From Candidatus Heimdallarchaeota archaeon (GTDB lineage: Archaea > Asgardarchaeota > Wukongarchaeia > Wukongarchaeales > JBHIFL01), in the NCBI GenBank assembly GCA_046761065.1, contig JBHIFL010000022.1, forward strand, positions 1 to 50,980: a stretch of 50,980 bases of DNA, given 5' to 3'. This document shows, in pieces, positions 21,163 through 32,018 of the stretch. The stretch's first letter is position 1. Every line of letters begins with the position of its first letter. The notes under the pieces were generated by a model. The model saw nothing but the letters and a program-made list of their open reading frames with translations, had not been told where the DNA came from and did not search any database. The position numbers were made by a program, and so were the translations under genes.

Positions 21163-22263
21163 TTATTCCCAATCTTCTAGGCGGCTTTGGAGCTTTTCTA
21201 GAACAGCAGGTAATGTTGTATATTCCATTTCATCTAAGGGTAACATCCCTGGCTCAAAGGGCCCATGACGACGTAGGAAGTCTGTAATATCTGCGCAGCG
21301 TTGACGGAGCCGATCAAAGATGGGATCATCAAATAGATCTACCGGCCCCTCTAACATCCCATTTTTAACTTGGAAACCCAGGCCCACCACTCGTGGCGGC
21401 CCATCAAACCGGGTACATTGGCTATATCCCATGGATACAGGCATCAATGGACCTCGATGACTGCCTCGCATCCAACCCGAGACAATATGACCGAGAGAAA
21501 AGCCTTCCAGTACTTCTCCAACCGCTGGGAAGCCACTCTGAGACCGGATCACACAGACCGGATCATCTTTTCCAACGTATTTCCCTGCAATCAGTGCGAG
21601 CTTTTCGGTACTAATCGAGGCCGCAATCCCACGTTTTTCGTCCTTCGAATGGACGTATTTAATAACATAACGACTTTGATGTCCAATCATTGCTAGAAGA
21701 TCATACATTTCTTCAGGAAGGCTCATCTGGATCTTTTTATTTTCTTTGATGTCCACTGCTGTAAATCTAAAGCCCCTGTGCATGTTTGGGTCGATTATAA
21801 GCCCAGCTGTACAAAATGGATCTGCAAAAATGCGATAAACTGGAAAGTTGAAGGCTCCTGGCTCTGTTTTATCGGCGGCGAAGATTAAGAGCGGCTCAGC
21901 TGGTCGCTCATCAAATTCCATCTCCGCGACTCCAGGCCCCATCCCTTTGATATTACCGCTGAACGCATCAGTGAGAAGATCTTGCCCAGCACCGTAAAGC
22001 CCAAGTTCTTTTGCGCGCTCAGCACCCTTCACAAAGGCATTCCAGGAAAGCTCATGGATTTCTGCACTGTCTACTCCTTTCGTATGAGTCATGAGAAGTT
22101 CGGTGTCGTCACCAGCGTTGAACACAAACGCATCTAGAATAATATTTTCGTCAATTGCGTCTTCCATTTCCTCTTCCATCATGTCTATAATGTCTTCATG
22201 TACTGTTACATGGCCTGGAATGGAGCCAATATCTGCCTTTATCAAAGATACTGTTATTTTCAT
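21163..22263 (-). CDS. fbp: Bifunctional fructose-1,6-bisphosphate aldolase/phosphatase
   Basis: 'KADIGSIPGH', 'LYGAGQDLL', 'DKTEPGAFN', 'YVGKDDP', 'GWMRGSH'. Confidence 0.95.
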   Translation of the reverse strand: MKITVSLIKADIGSIPGHVTVHEDIIDMMEEEMEDAIDENIILDAFVFNAGDDTELLMTHTKGVDSAEIHELSWNAFVKGAERAKELGLYGAGQDLLTDAFSGNIKGMGPGVAEMEFDERPAEPLLIFAADKTEPGAFNFPVYRIFADPFCTAGLIIDPNMHRGFRFTAVDIKENKKIQMSLPEEMYDLLAMIGHQSRYVIKYVHSKDEKRGIAASISTEKLALIAGKYVGKDDPVCVIRSQSGFPAVGEVLEGFSLGHIVSGWMRGSHRGPLMPVSMGYSQCTRFDGPPRVVGLGFQVKNGMLEGPVDLFDDPIFDRLRQRCADITDFLRRHGPFEPGMLPLDEMEYTTLPAVLEKLQSRLEDWE

Positions 22264-22486
22264 TGAATGGCTTCACCTATTTCAATTCTTGATGTTATAT
22301 TTTATCATGAGAAAATATCTCTCTTATGTATTCTTAAATCTTCTGTCAAATTTTTTTAAATCTAAAATCTTGTAGGTCTGTTTTTCCTACTTTTTTTTTA
22401 TAAAACACGTAAAATTTTTAATGTTCCCGGAATTTGCTCACTCTGAGTTGATTAAATCGCCAATAATCACATTATCGGTATTTTGA

Positions 22487-23053
22487 TTATTTACGTTCTT
22501 CGATCAATCGCTTCATGTCTTTGATCATTTCAGCTTTGAGTGCTGGATAGTACAAACCAGCCGCAGGATGGTAAAGGGGAATAAGTACGTGCCCTTCATA
22601 TTCAATTTTTTGTCCATGTAGCCTCCCGATTCCGGTCTTTCCGAGAAGGGCTTTCACAGCATGGTTTCCTAGGGTGCCGATGACCTTCGGTTGGATCGCC
22701 TGAATCTGCCTCCAAAGATATGGACTGCAGGTCTGGATCTCATCCTTCTTTGGCGTTCTGTTGTTCAGGGGTCTGCATTTTACGATGTTTGTTATAAAGA
22801 CTTCCTCCCGCGACAATCCTACTGCTGCGAATAGCTCTCCTAGGAGCTTCCCTGCTCGCCCAATGAAGGGGCGCCCCTCTTGGTCCTCTTGCCTCCCTGG
22901 TCCCTCGCCTATCAACATGAGGTCTGCGTCCTTAGGCCCCTCTCCTGGCACTGCCTTCGTCCGCTCCTTGTGTAACCGACATTTGGTGCACTTCCGCACT
23001 TCGTCCGCTATTTGTTCTAGCTCGTCGTGGGTTATTAGTTGGATCTTTTCCAC
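22487..23053 (-). CDS. udg: Family 4 uracil-DNA glycosylase (Fe-S)
   Basis: 'CTKCRL', 'GEGPGRQED', 'PFIGRAG', 'KCRP', 'YHPAA'. Confidence 0.93.
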   Translation of the reverse strand: MEKIQLITHDELEQIADEVRKCTKCRLHKERTKAVPGEGPKDADLMLIGEGPGRQEDQEGRPFIGRAGKLLGELFAAVGLSREEVFITNIVKCRPLNNRTPKKDEIQTCSPYLWRQIQAIQPKVIGTLGNHAVKALLGKTGIGRLHGQKIEYEGHVLIPLYHPAAGLYYPALKAEMIKDMKRLIEERK

Positions 23054-23199
23054 CCTTTAGCATTGGTTTTATTTCTCTTCCTATCCGACATATCCGCTCT
23101 TCCCAAATCTTTGAATCATGTCTTCGGAGAATTGTCTCTGAGAACGTACTTTCGATGATAGGTATTTTGTTTTTTCTTATTTCACTACGAAGGAATCCT

Positions 23200-23742
23200 T
23201 TAGGCTCGCTTATACCTTGCGACTCTCATCTCATCCGCAAAATACTCTCCCCAAATATGATTCAGGGCATTAACCTTCTTCGCATTAGTTACTGCCTTGA
23301 TGTATTCGTCTTCCACCTCCGCCACCAGGACTCTCCCCACAATCCAGATGTGATCCCCTATCTTTACATGCGTCTCCATCTTACACTCCAGCCAGGCATA
23401 CGCCTCTTTGATCCTCGGGGGCTGCACTTTGTCCGCTTTCTTGTGATTAAGACCTGCTTTCTCGAGCTCGCTTACCTCGTAGGGCCAGTCCTGCTCGAGG
23501 ATGTGCATCAGGGGACCGAAGGATTTATCAACGTAGTTCGCAACAAACTCGCCGTTCTCCTTGATGTTCCGCCACGTGTCATGTGTGGGGTTGCTTCCGA
23601 AGCCAAACAAGGGCGGATGGAAGCTGCAGGGGGAGGTGAAGCTGAAGGGGGCCGCGTTGGGGATGCCCCGCGTTGATACGGTGGTGATGACGACGGTAGG
23701 CCTCACGGAGAACTTCGTATATTCTCTATTTTGTAATCTCAT
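23200..23742 (-). CDS. Flavin reductase-like (flavoredoxin) protein
   Basis: 'NAAPFS', 'DTWRNIKENGEFVAN', 'LECK', 'GDH'. Confidence 0.88.
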   Translation of the reverse strand: MRLQNREYTKFSVRPTVVITTVSTRGIPNAAPFSFTSPCSFHPPLFGFGSNPTHDTWRNIKENGEFVANYVDKSFGPLMHILEQDWPYEVSELEKAGLNHKKADKVQPPRIKEAYAWLECKMETHVKIGDHIWIVGRVLVAEVEDEYIKAVTNAKKVNALNHIWGEYFADEMRVARYKRA

Positions 23743-23978
23743 CTTTCTATCCTCTGCCAATCCGTCATGGCCCATGTATAAAATTGTTTAGGCGACTGAA
23801 TTCGAAGCTTCTTGAGGGACCTCCAACACAACGCGGGTTACCACTGGCAACCCACCCCGTTTTAGAAACTACTAACTGGTTGAACTATTGGCATTTCCTT
23901 CTGATTCCCCCCTTCCGGGAGGACTGTCCAAAGTGGATTATTACCGGTTGGGCACTAGTTCGCGTTGATAATGCTGGT

Positions 23979-24977
23979 TCAGTGTGCAACGAGCACACAC
24001 CACTCTAACATGGTCTCTGCCACCGGGAAAGCATCTATCCCAGCTCCTTCCAGTACAACACCGGTTGGGGTGGGATGCGCTTTCCCCGTGCACACATTGA
24101 CCACCTCCACCTCCCAGCCTGCATCAACGAAGCACTCCAACGCCGTGCGGCGGAAGAGCAGCATGGACAACCCCGTCTCACGAATCTTCTTTGCGTTGAC
24201 TTCATCATCCTCCGGATAGAACTGAGATATCGCTAGAAACGTTCCAGCGACAATACGTCGAAGCTCTTGTAACAGATTTCCTGGGTCTTCAACATTGGAT
24301 AGCCCTAAGTTTGTCGTCAGTGTCTCGACCGCCCCCTCCTTGAACGGAGTACACCGCGCGTCAAATGCGAGTAAGCTGACGCGGTCATATAAGCCCAAAA
24401 ACGTCAACCATTGGTGGTCACGCTGCAGCACACGCGGGCTAAAGTCGGTGGCGACGACTGGCTGCCCGAGCCTGCGTGCCAGCTCCTCAACCAAGTAACC
24501 GCGTCCCGAACACAAATCAATGATCGGGCCATCCGCCGTGGAAAGACGTTTGACAACGTAGTTGACCTGACTATCATAGCAAGCCAGATATTCTGGAGTG
24601 TACAACCCCACGCGAGCCAAATCCGCCGTGGTCTTTGCCTGAGCATAGTCGCCACGTTCTTCCAATACCAGTGCGCGGAAGAATTGGTCCGCGGGGGTTA
24701 ATATGTCCAACGGCGCGTCCAGCAGTTGCCGTTCGACCTCTGGATGCTCACCCAGATACACCATTAATTGGCTATCCACCTGTTCCCATAGATCGTTGCG
24801 TGTCCGGTCCGGTGTGAGAAACAGGCCCATGCCTTTACGAACAGGATAGGTAGCAGCGCAGACCCTACACTGCGCCTCTGCCGTCTCGATTCGGGCTCCC
24901 CGGCGGTCGGTGACGGTCCAGACTAACTCGCCGCGACAAACCGGACACCCCAACATCTCGATCAGGTAGCTGTGCAT
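23979..24977 (-). CDS. Class I SAM-dependent methyltransferase with N-terminal Trm112-like zinc ribbon
   Basis: 'CPVCRGEL...CRVCAATYPV' and 'IIDLCSGRG', 'TDFS'. Confidence 0.8.
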   Translation of the reverse strand: MHSYLIEMLGCPVCRGELVWTVTDRRGARIETAEAQCRVCAATYPVRKGMGLFLTPDRTRNDLWEQVDSQLMVYLGEHPEVERQLLDAPLDILTPADQFFRALVLEERGDYAQAKTTADLARVGLYTPEYLACYDSQVNYVVKRLSTADGPIIDLCSGRGYLVEELARRLGQPVVATDFSPRVLQRDHQWLTFLGLYDRVSLLAFDARCTPFKEGAVETLTTNLGLSNVEDPGNLLQELRRIVAGTFLAISQFYPEDDEVNAKKIRETGLSMLLFRRTALECFVDAGWEVEVVNVCTGKAHPTPTGVVLEGAGIDAFPVAETMLEWCVLVAH

Positions 24978-25112
24978 TATGGTGCCTCTTATTTATCGTG
25001 GGCTGTAAGTAATTCCTTACTCACGATACCCTCATATTTTTGGTCTGACTCTGTTGGAGTATCGCTTCCAGCTGTGAGCCAGCTTATACCCATTTGTCAT
25101 CAAGATATTTGC

Positions 25113-25602
25113 CTAACAACAGTTAATGGACTTTCCCTTAATCTTCAAGTCTTGTTTTAGGGCTTTTGCTGTAAAGTATTGGATGTACGTGGCAGTTTGT
25201 TCCCTCGGTCCAAGTTTGGTCAGCAGTTTTTGGTCTGCAGTATACACACGACACCCTTGAAGGTCGCCAATAGCCAGATAGGCTGCATCATAAATTGTGA
25301 TATTGTTTAGGGCACGCTCAATCGTTCTCCTCGCATACTCCCCTCGGAGGGGAAGTGTCAGAAACTGGTAGTCTTCTAAAACTTTCGCAGCCTTTTTAAT
25401 ATCTTGTCCCTTGAAGGCTTCAGAATAACGTAGGGCATAACACTTCGTACGCTAAGAGTGATGGGATCGCTAGCTCAATTAAGCCATTTACATAGTCCTC
25501 ACGCAGGGCTCTAGCCTGAGCCGAGTATTTTTCCTCTAAAAACCAACGCACTATGACCGAGGCGTCAGGCACAAACAAATCTATCTTCGCTTCTCGCGCC
25601 AT
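25113..25602 (-). pseudogene. vapC: VapC PIN-domain toxin, frameshifted
   Basis: 'DASVIVRW...YEVL', then a frame switch near 25437 to 'ALRYSE...ITIYDAAYLA...YTADQKL'. Confidence 0.85.
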
Positions 25603-25829
25603 TTTCGGATCTCCTCCTCACTTCTCCACCCTGGCTTGGCTCGTCGAAGTGAATCCGTCACTATCACTGCCTGCAGCAAACGACGTCGATCAATATGGCG
25701 GGTCCGCATCTCTTCTTCTTCAATTTTACGTTCAATAGCGTCCCGAAGCACTTGACTCCAATTCACATGCGCTAACCGATCCATTTTAGCTTTCGTTTCC
25801 TCATTCACACGCACACTGACAACCGGCAT
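25581..25829 (-). CDS. vapB: VapB-type RHH antitoxin
   Basis: 'VVSVRV...VNWSQVLRDAIE'; overlaps the PIN gene; upstream palindrome TTGTATTACAA near 25850. Confidence 0.85.
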   Translation of the reverse strand: MPVVSVRVNEETKAKMDRLAHVNWSQVLRDAIERKIEEEEMRTRHIDRRRLLQAVIVTDSLRRAKPGWRSEEEIRKWREKRR

Positions 25830-26176
25830 GTCTGACCCTCATGCATGAGTTGTATTACAAGTAATAAAAAAATTATGTCTCGGCTGAAGCCTTTATCCCA
25901 CCCAGTTTACTGACTTATCCTCTTTATTTACCTTGCCTTATTTGAAATATTTATGCTGTACCTTTCATTTACTACGAAGGCGATATCCTACCCTTTATCG
26001 GTTCTAGTGTAAGACGAAATTTCTTCTCCCCCCATTTAATCAATGCAACGCGTGAAAGGGATGACCTAACCATGCGTTAGACTCCCTTCCATTATTTTCT
26101 TAAGTCAAAAGATCTCTATAAAGCCATTTACATATTTAGTGTTTTGTTAATTCTATTTTACTTTGTATCTGTCTTT

Positions 26177-26497
26177 TTAGTCAAATAACGTTAAATCCTT
26201 GTAACCTCTCCTAATTATTGCACGGTGAGTGACATTTCTGGGAACAAAGGTGGTACCCCTTTTTGTACACGTATATTCCTTGCCATCGCTGGTTACTTCG
26301 ATTTTCCCATCTAAAACGACGCCCCATTGCGCTTCATGCAAATGTTCTGGAACTTCTACATCCTTTTCAAACCTCATAAAGATGAATTGCTGCTTTTCGC
26401 CTTGCAAAAGATGTGAATGTACCCCCCCGATTGGGATGTCGGCTTCCAGTAGGGTTGTAATCATCTCCGGAAAGAACTTATCTTTTGGCATTTTCAA
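26177..26497 (-). CDS. Cupin-domain protein
   Basis: 'PEHLHEAQWGVVLDG' and 'VPRNVTH'. Confidence 0.8.
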   Translation of the reverse strand: MKMPKDKFFPEMITTLLEADIPIGGVHSHLLQGEKQQFIFMRFEKDVEVPEHLHEAQWGVVLDGKIEVTSDGKEYTCTKRGTTFVPRNVTHRAIIRRGYKDLTLFD

Positions 26498-26917
26498 CTC
26501 CTCCTTTTAGCAGCGCTTCTTGTTTAAGACACCCAAAAGTAATTCTTTACTCAAGATGAGATCTTATATTCATGGTCTAGCTCCGCTGACGTGTTAGACC
26601 TCTTATAACATGATGTTGCGCGATATTTTGGAACTATGCTTGCTCTGCAATGCGTTGTTCGCTCCCTTGTCTTTTTCAGAAATAATTCTGATTTCCATCA
26701 CTAACATTTTGGCTCTATTCTTCGGAAAGTTTTGCACGAAATTACTATGCTTTTTGAATGGGGGTTTCAATCCAACATTTAGCATCGTAGAGTTTCCCTC
26801 TAAGCCCTCTATGTTTTCCTCCCTTTCTAATAAGTGAAGTGGAGGAAACCTTTCTCGCTTCATAAACCAGTCTTTTTCCTAGGATAGCGTCTCCAGCTTT
26901 TGTGTGAACAGTCATTG

Positions 26918-27262
26918 TTACGTTCCCTCCTTTAGAGTGCCTTCAGCTATCATTTGTTTGACTGCTTCAAAGACCGGTTCAAGCTCTAGACCATAATGCT
27001 CCGCAATATCACTGGGGTATACCGGCCCCTGATGTTGCTCCAGATACTCTTCTATCAACTTCTTAGCTTCTTCAACGGATGTGGTTCTAACACTAAGTAT
27101 CTCTATTTCGCCTAATCTATCTAGTTCATGTTCAATTGCCTTTCTGGTGAAATCAGAAAAATTGAGAAACATCCCTGCGTCGATCAGTTTCTTTATTTTC
27201 AGATATGTTGACCTAGAAACTTTACAAGCCACTTGTTGAGAGACTTCCTCTTGCGTTGTCAT
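26918..27262 (-). CDS. RHH (CopG/ParD-like) plus winged-helix small DNA-binding protein
   Basis: 'LIDAGMFLNFSDFTRKAI' and 'YPSDIAEHYGL'; likely ATG at 27262 within the 26918-27502 ORF. Confidence 0.7.
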   Translation of the reverse strand: MTTQEEVSQQVACKVSRSTYLKIKKLIDAGMFLNFSDFTRKAIEHELDRLGEIEILSVRTTSVEEAKKLIEEYLEQHQGPVYPSDIAEHYGLELEPVFEAVKQMIAEGTLKEGT

Positions 27263-27913
27263 AAAATCACGGTCATTACAAATATGTAGAAATATGTAAC
27301 GGTTATTAAGGATTTTCTTTGAGACGGATTCCAGTCCAAAATGGTTCCAAAGCACTTTTATTCGGGTCCTTCCCGAAAGAACTGGAAATTCTAAACATGG
27401 AATTAGTTCGAAGTCGTCTTGTTTATTGCAAAACGGAGAGCAACCGGAATGCTCACCGCTTCCTGAGTCATAAAAGCGCCAGTACTCAGCGGGTACGGTC
27501 AAACCACCGATGATGGGTCATCTCCGCCCAACCGCACCACAGATTGAATGGCGTATTGTGGGCCAGGGGATCTTCCAACGCGACATCGCGACAGAGCTAG
27601 AAGTTGCACCTGGCTGTCCTGCGAGGGCTGCACAACCATTGCACACCTCTTAGAAAATCCGTGAGAAAAAATACTACAGCATCTAGAGTATGCCACTTTT
27701 TTCTTCTCTCGCTCCTCCCAGAGAAAAAAGCTTAGGTTGGCAAAGGACGAGTCTTATTTTGGGTTTTTTGCTCCAACTTTTCTTTTCCTTTTACTAAGCT
27801 CTTTCGGAACTCAACGATGTATCCTTTGGTAACCTTCCATGTTCACTCTCAATCCACCTAAAGTACGCCTGAATTAGACGGTGCAGACAAAGGCAGAAAC
27901 AACCTCACCCCCG

Positions 27914-28120
27914 TTAAGATTCCGTTATTGCTAACTGAATTGAAACCTCTTTTTTTCCACCAAATAACCGGGATGCGTTAAGGACTTCAATCCCTGCGGG
28001 TTCGCCTTCTTCATCATAATCGACAATAATCCCTTTACCCACTTCATCGCTTTCTTGGAACGGCTGGTCTTTTAGCTTGATATACAATGCATCCGCATTA
28101 GGGTCATAAATAATCCACAT
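27914..28120 (-). CDS. DUF2283 family protein (putative antitoxin)
   Basis: 'YDPNADALYIKL...DYDEEGEPAGIEVLNAS'. Confidence 0.85.
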   Translation of the reverse strand: MWIIYDPNADALYIKLKDQPFQESDEVGKGIIVDYDEEGEPAGIEVLNASRLFGGKKEVSIQLAITES

Positions 28121-28381
28121 GCTCTCCACCTTTCCAATATTTGCTGATCTTTGATGTCTATAGCCGCTAATTTCTTCCAGTTCTGTTTCACGCCTTTGAT
28201 AAAAAATCTGGAGTAAGTATTCCTTTGACGTATGTGGATCCAGGATCTTTTTATGAACGACACACCCAGTTTCATTCTCAAATAATTCATCAGGATTAAG
28301 TAAAGCTGCTTTAACTAAACTTTGAGCAGTTTTGCGTGCTTTCATTTGTTCAAGCGCATAAAGTAGAAAGTGGATCTTCAT
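28101..28381 (-). pseudogene. DUF4258-like (putative toxin) gene frameshifted into DUF2283
   Basis: 'ALEQMKAR...ALLNPD'; the expected C-terminus 'SKISKYWKGGE' lies in another frame after 'SGYR'. Confidence 0.65.
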
Positions 28382-28486
28382 TTTTATGTCATACCGTGTT
28401 AGGATTTAAAATCGATCAAAACTATCTTACCCTTGTTATGTTCCATATCTTCTTAAAGAACTTCTAGAAATGAGAGCAAGAGGGTA

Positions 28487-29236
28487 TTGAAATTTTCCAG
28501 AGTCTTAAAACATAAAAAGAGCATATTGGCTCTATTTCTAATTTCATTTTCCCTCCTTAATTTTCCTTTTCTCCTCTATCCCCTAGGAAATCCCTATACC
28601 AAAATCAAAAATCAACCTCCCATCCATTTAGATGGCAAAGCCCTGTTTATCGCGGATATCCACTTTAATGGCAGACCCATGGATTTGGGGACGTATTTGG
28701 CCTCCGAATCAATCAACCATCTTATCATCCTCGGCGATCTATACGAATCTCCCCAGATCTATTATGATCTTGGCATCCAGACCACTTTACAGCTCCTGAA
28801 TCTTGATGCTTATTCCGGACAGATCTATTTTATTTGGGGCGCCCCCTTCGACCCTCAACTTAATATCACCCCTCATGACCCTCTAGTCAATATCTCCGCC
28901 CCCAAGTTCCAATCCCTAGGACACTTCGGCTACTTTGTTACCCCACATTACAGGATTCTAGCACACCACGGGACCCAAAGATCCCGTATTGGATCTGTTG
29001 CTTTCCTTATCAACTATTTGATTTCGTACCCCCTTTTAGAACAGCTTTGGCGGAAACGCGCAGGAATCCCCAAGGACATCTGGGTTTTCTCTGCCCATAG
29101 CCACATCGCCAAACTGTATCCCGACTTAAAGATCGCTAACTGTGGGGGCTTTAAGGACATCCTCTTCTTTCATCCGCGCCTCGGGGAAGGGATTCTGGTG
29201 GCGGACCACATCCAACTGGTTACGATCCCCTTTTAA
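28487..29236 (+). CDS. Membrane-anchored calcineurin-like metallophosphoesterase
   Basis: N-terminal TM helix; 'IADIH', 'LGDL', 'HHG', 'AHSH'; the GNHD motif is degenerate (GAPFD). Confidence 0.75.
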   Translation: MKFSRVLKHKKSILALFLISFSLLNFPFLLYPLGNPYTKIKNQPPIHLDGKALFIADIHFNGRPMDLGTYLASESINHLIILGDLYESPQIYYDLGIQTTLQLLNLDAYSGQIYFIWGAPFDPQLNITPHDPLVNISAPKFQSLGHFGYFVTPHYRILAHHGTQRSRIGSVAFLINYLISYPLLEQLWRKRAGIPKDIWVFSAHSHIAKLYPDLKIANCGGFKDILFFHPRLGEGILVADHIQLVTIPF

Positions 29237-29336
29237 AACGCCTTCTTCTGATTTTCTCCTCCCTTCGCAATCATGATCCGATATTATGGCTATGAAAGAT
29301 GCACACCAGATGGCGAAAAAATAGAACCGTTTTTAG

Positions 29337-30101
29337 CTATATTTTTTCACAAGATATCACATGTTCCATCGGGAACTCTAACCCGTATCTCCTTAACTCT
29401 TTCTCATATGTTGTGGTGAAGCTCGGGTCGACATTCCATTCTTTGAGTCGCTTTAAAGCGGCATTGAAGTTTAGTTTTAGGTTTGTTTCAAAGTAATTGA
29501 CATTGATTTTTGTGAAGCCTGTTTTGTGCAGGAGGGTAGCCACTTCGTCAGCTGAGGGCGAAAACCATTCAGGTTGTAGTGTCATGGTCTCTAGCGAATA
29601 CGAATAGTCAGCTTTGATGAAAAATTCTTGAGCTTTGTTTTCGGGGATTGAAACGAGCTCTGCATGCACCATCTGGCCCTTAAATCGTAAAATTCGGTAG
29701 AATTCTAGTAGAGTGGTTTCTAGGCCGTGTAGATCAAGATCGCAGAACAGTTCATTTGAGACAATTAGGTCGACTGTTTCATTTTTGATGCCTTTCATAT
29801 TTCTAACATCCCCTATAATAATTTTAACGATGTGATCAAGGTCCTTTTTTTGTATGGTTTCTCTTAGTATTTCTAGAGATTTTTTGTAGGATCCCATAAA
29901 GAGATCATAGGCAATAACCACCCATTTTTCACCGCCTCTCTCGGCTAACGGTATGGTTAATCTCCCACTTCCACAACCAGCTTCCAGAACAGTGGAAACC
30001 CGGTTTAAGTCGATTTTTTCTAACATAAAGTCTACTAGTCTGTTATACATCGCACTGCATGCTGATTCAAATTGTTCATTTGCAATCTTCATAATTCTCA
30101 T
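29337..30101 (-). CDS. Class I SAM-dependent methyltransferase
   Basis: 'VLEAGCGSG', 'GDV', 'EFYRIL'. Confidence 0.85.
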   Translation of the reverse strand: MRIMKIANEQFESACSAMYNRLVDFMLEKIDLNRVSTVLEAGCGSGRLTIPLAERGGEKWVVIAYDLFMGSYKKSLEILRETIQKKDLDHIVKIIIGDVRNMKGIKNETVDLIVSNELFCDLDLHGLETTLLEFYRILRFKGQMVHAELVSIPENKAQEFFIKADYSYSLETMTLQPEWFSPSADEVATLLHKTGFTKINVNYFETNLKLNFNAALKRLKEWNVDPSFTTTYEKELRRYGLEFPMEHVISCEKI

Positions 30102-30130
30102 CCTTTACTATGCGAGTTGTGGGGGAACCA

Positions 30131-30819
30131 TCATAACGTTGCAGGTATAAAGTCCAACAGGTCACTCAGTTTCTCTATTATAATGTCGGCATCCTCTTCT
30201 TTATCCCGCTTCTTGACGAAAGCCGTCTTCATTCCTACTCCTTTGGCACCCTGAACATCTGCTATTGGATCATCACCCACGTGCAGACAACGATTTGCTC
30301 TTACTCTCAGCTTCTTCAATGTGGCGAGATAGATCGATGGGTGCGTTTTGCGCATCCATACTCGTAGGAGAGAGTGATAACAAGGAAATATTTGTTAAAT
30401 TCGTCTCTCACTTTTTCCAAGAGGCGCTAGTGGGTATTGGATATCAGTCCCAAATTATACCCCCTATTTCGCAATGTCAGAAGTGTTTCAATGGCATCCG
30501 GATACCAACATGCTTTCCTTGTTGCCAATCCTTTGTCTATGGCTTTTTTAATGATTTCTTTGCCGGTTTCAAGTTCGAATGTTTCCAAAACTTCCAGAAT
30601 CATATTGTCTAAGAGCGATTCCCGCAAAGTTTCTTTCAGGGTGTTACGATAGGCCCTATCTACTCGGAAATAAGTCTCTAGGAACATATTTTTGTTGATT
30701 TCAATTTTTGTCTCCATAAACCTGATGATCGGGTATATGATATCCTCCTCTTCTTCAATCTGATAGCGCATGGTGTTGAAATCGTCAAATGTGATCGCAT
30801 CAAATTCTGTTAACAACAC
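30131..30819 (-). pseudogene. HAD hydrolase pseudogene
   Basis: 'ITFDDFNT', 'LISN', TAG stop at 30427-30429 and a frameshift before 'RKTHPSIY...HVGDDPIADVQGA'. Confidence 0.8.
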
Positions 30820-31050
30820 ACTCTCCTCCTTTGTCTTGCTATGACAAGTTACTTTTAAAGTGTAAGTATATTCAAAATGTGTACTTTTTATGTTTATATT
30901 AAATAAATTTCAAAGTAATGTAAGCTTGATCCGAATTACATCAGAGTGTCAAAAGGTCCACAGGTTTTTTACCCTCCCTCATAAAGCCAAAGGCTTTTAC
31001 CGGGGTCTATATTAACGATTTTAGAGACATTCATAGATGGAGAACAAGCA

Positions 31051-31800
31051 ATGAGTAGAAGGGTACGTTTCCTGTCTAAACTGATGAAGAATGTCCTTTT
31101 ACCATATGAGGTTAGTGATAAGTATGTGGAAAAGATCATTGGTAAATTCGAAAACCACTATGAAAAAGCGTATTTCCAGTATTTTGTCAAACTCGTGGGA
31201 CTAAGAGCTCATATCTTAGATTTAGCGTGTGGGGATGGCAGACACACCCTACAACTTTCTATGCACTTAGATCAAATAGTAGCACTTGACCTCTCCCAGA
31301 ATAATCTAAAAATGGCAAGGGAAAAATGCCTAGCCAGAGAGAATATCGCCTTTATTCAAGGTTCCATGCTTGAACTACCATTTCTTCCGAGCACTTTTGA
31401 TGGTATTTGGTATTCCCAAGCGTTTGAATATGTGCCTCCTGATTGGCGAGAAATGTTCTTATGCGCTCTGAACCGTATCTTGCGCCCCTCAGGCCTTTTA
31501 TTTATGAGCGTGGAAACCTGGATGCACCCCAGCCTTGTGACATCTTTGAAAGAGCTTTGGAACGACTTCAAACTATTTTTCTACTGGAAGTTCCTGAAAT
31601 ATACGCCTTTGCTATGGGGGGAGTTCCTGTATTACCTCTCACTAAAATTTGCAAGGGTGAAATGCTCAGGTTGGCACTATCATGTGCATACAGACAAGTG
31701 GACATTGTACAAGTTGGTGAGCAGGTGTGGGTTTGTGGTAGAAAAGTTGAACCCTCATAACGGTTACATCTATGTCCTATGCCGGAAGACACCGAGGTGA
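31051..31800 (+). CDS. Class I SAM-dependent methyltransferase
   Basis: 'ILDLACGDGRH', 'LDLS', 'LPF', 'RILRPSG'. Confidence 0.85.
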   Translation: MSRRVRFLSKLMKNVLLPYEVSDKYVEKIIGKFENHYEKAYFQYFVKLVGLRAHILDLACGDGRHTLQLSMHLDQIVALDLSQNNLKMAREKCLARENIAFIQGSMLELPFLPSTFDGIWYSQAFEYVPPDWREMFLCALNRILRPSGLLFMSVETWMHPSLVTSLKELWNDFKLFFYWKFLKYTPLLWGEFLYYLSLKFARVKCSGWHYHVHTDKWTLYKLVSRCGFVVEKLNPHNGYIYVLCRKTPR

Positions 31801-32018
31801 GTGCAGCACCACACCTTTGGGTTAAATGAAATACTAAACAACTCCATTTTGAACTTTTTATCTTTTTTCATCTTTATCTGTAAGAAAACCCCATTTAGTC
31901 CAGCTTTCTTTATATAGCAACAGGTCTTGCAGAAATAATTTAGTTCTGGCTCAACATAACTCCTGGTTTGTAGTCATTTGAAATCAAGGGAAAAGAGTGG
32001 AAGAATTTAGCTTCCATC

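Noticed and set aside
26603-26915. Possible decayed nuclease gene downstream of the RHH-wHTH gene
   Set aside because: Multiple stops and no convincing motif
27263-27900. Possible transposase remnant and N-terminal extension of the 26918-27502 ORF
   Set aside because: Only fragmentary reading frames; not assignable
30427-30429. Pyrrolysine or other stop-codon readthrough in the HAD gene (also TAA at 32154 and TAG at 46301)
   Set aside because: Accompanied by frameshifts or truncations; simple nonsense decay explains them
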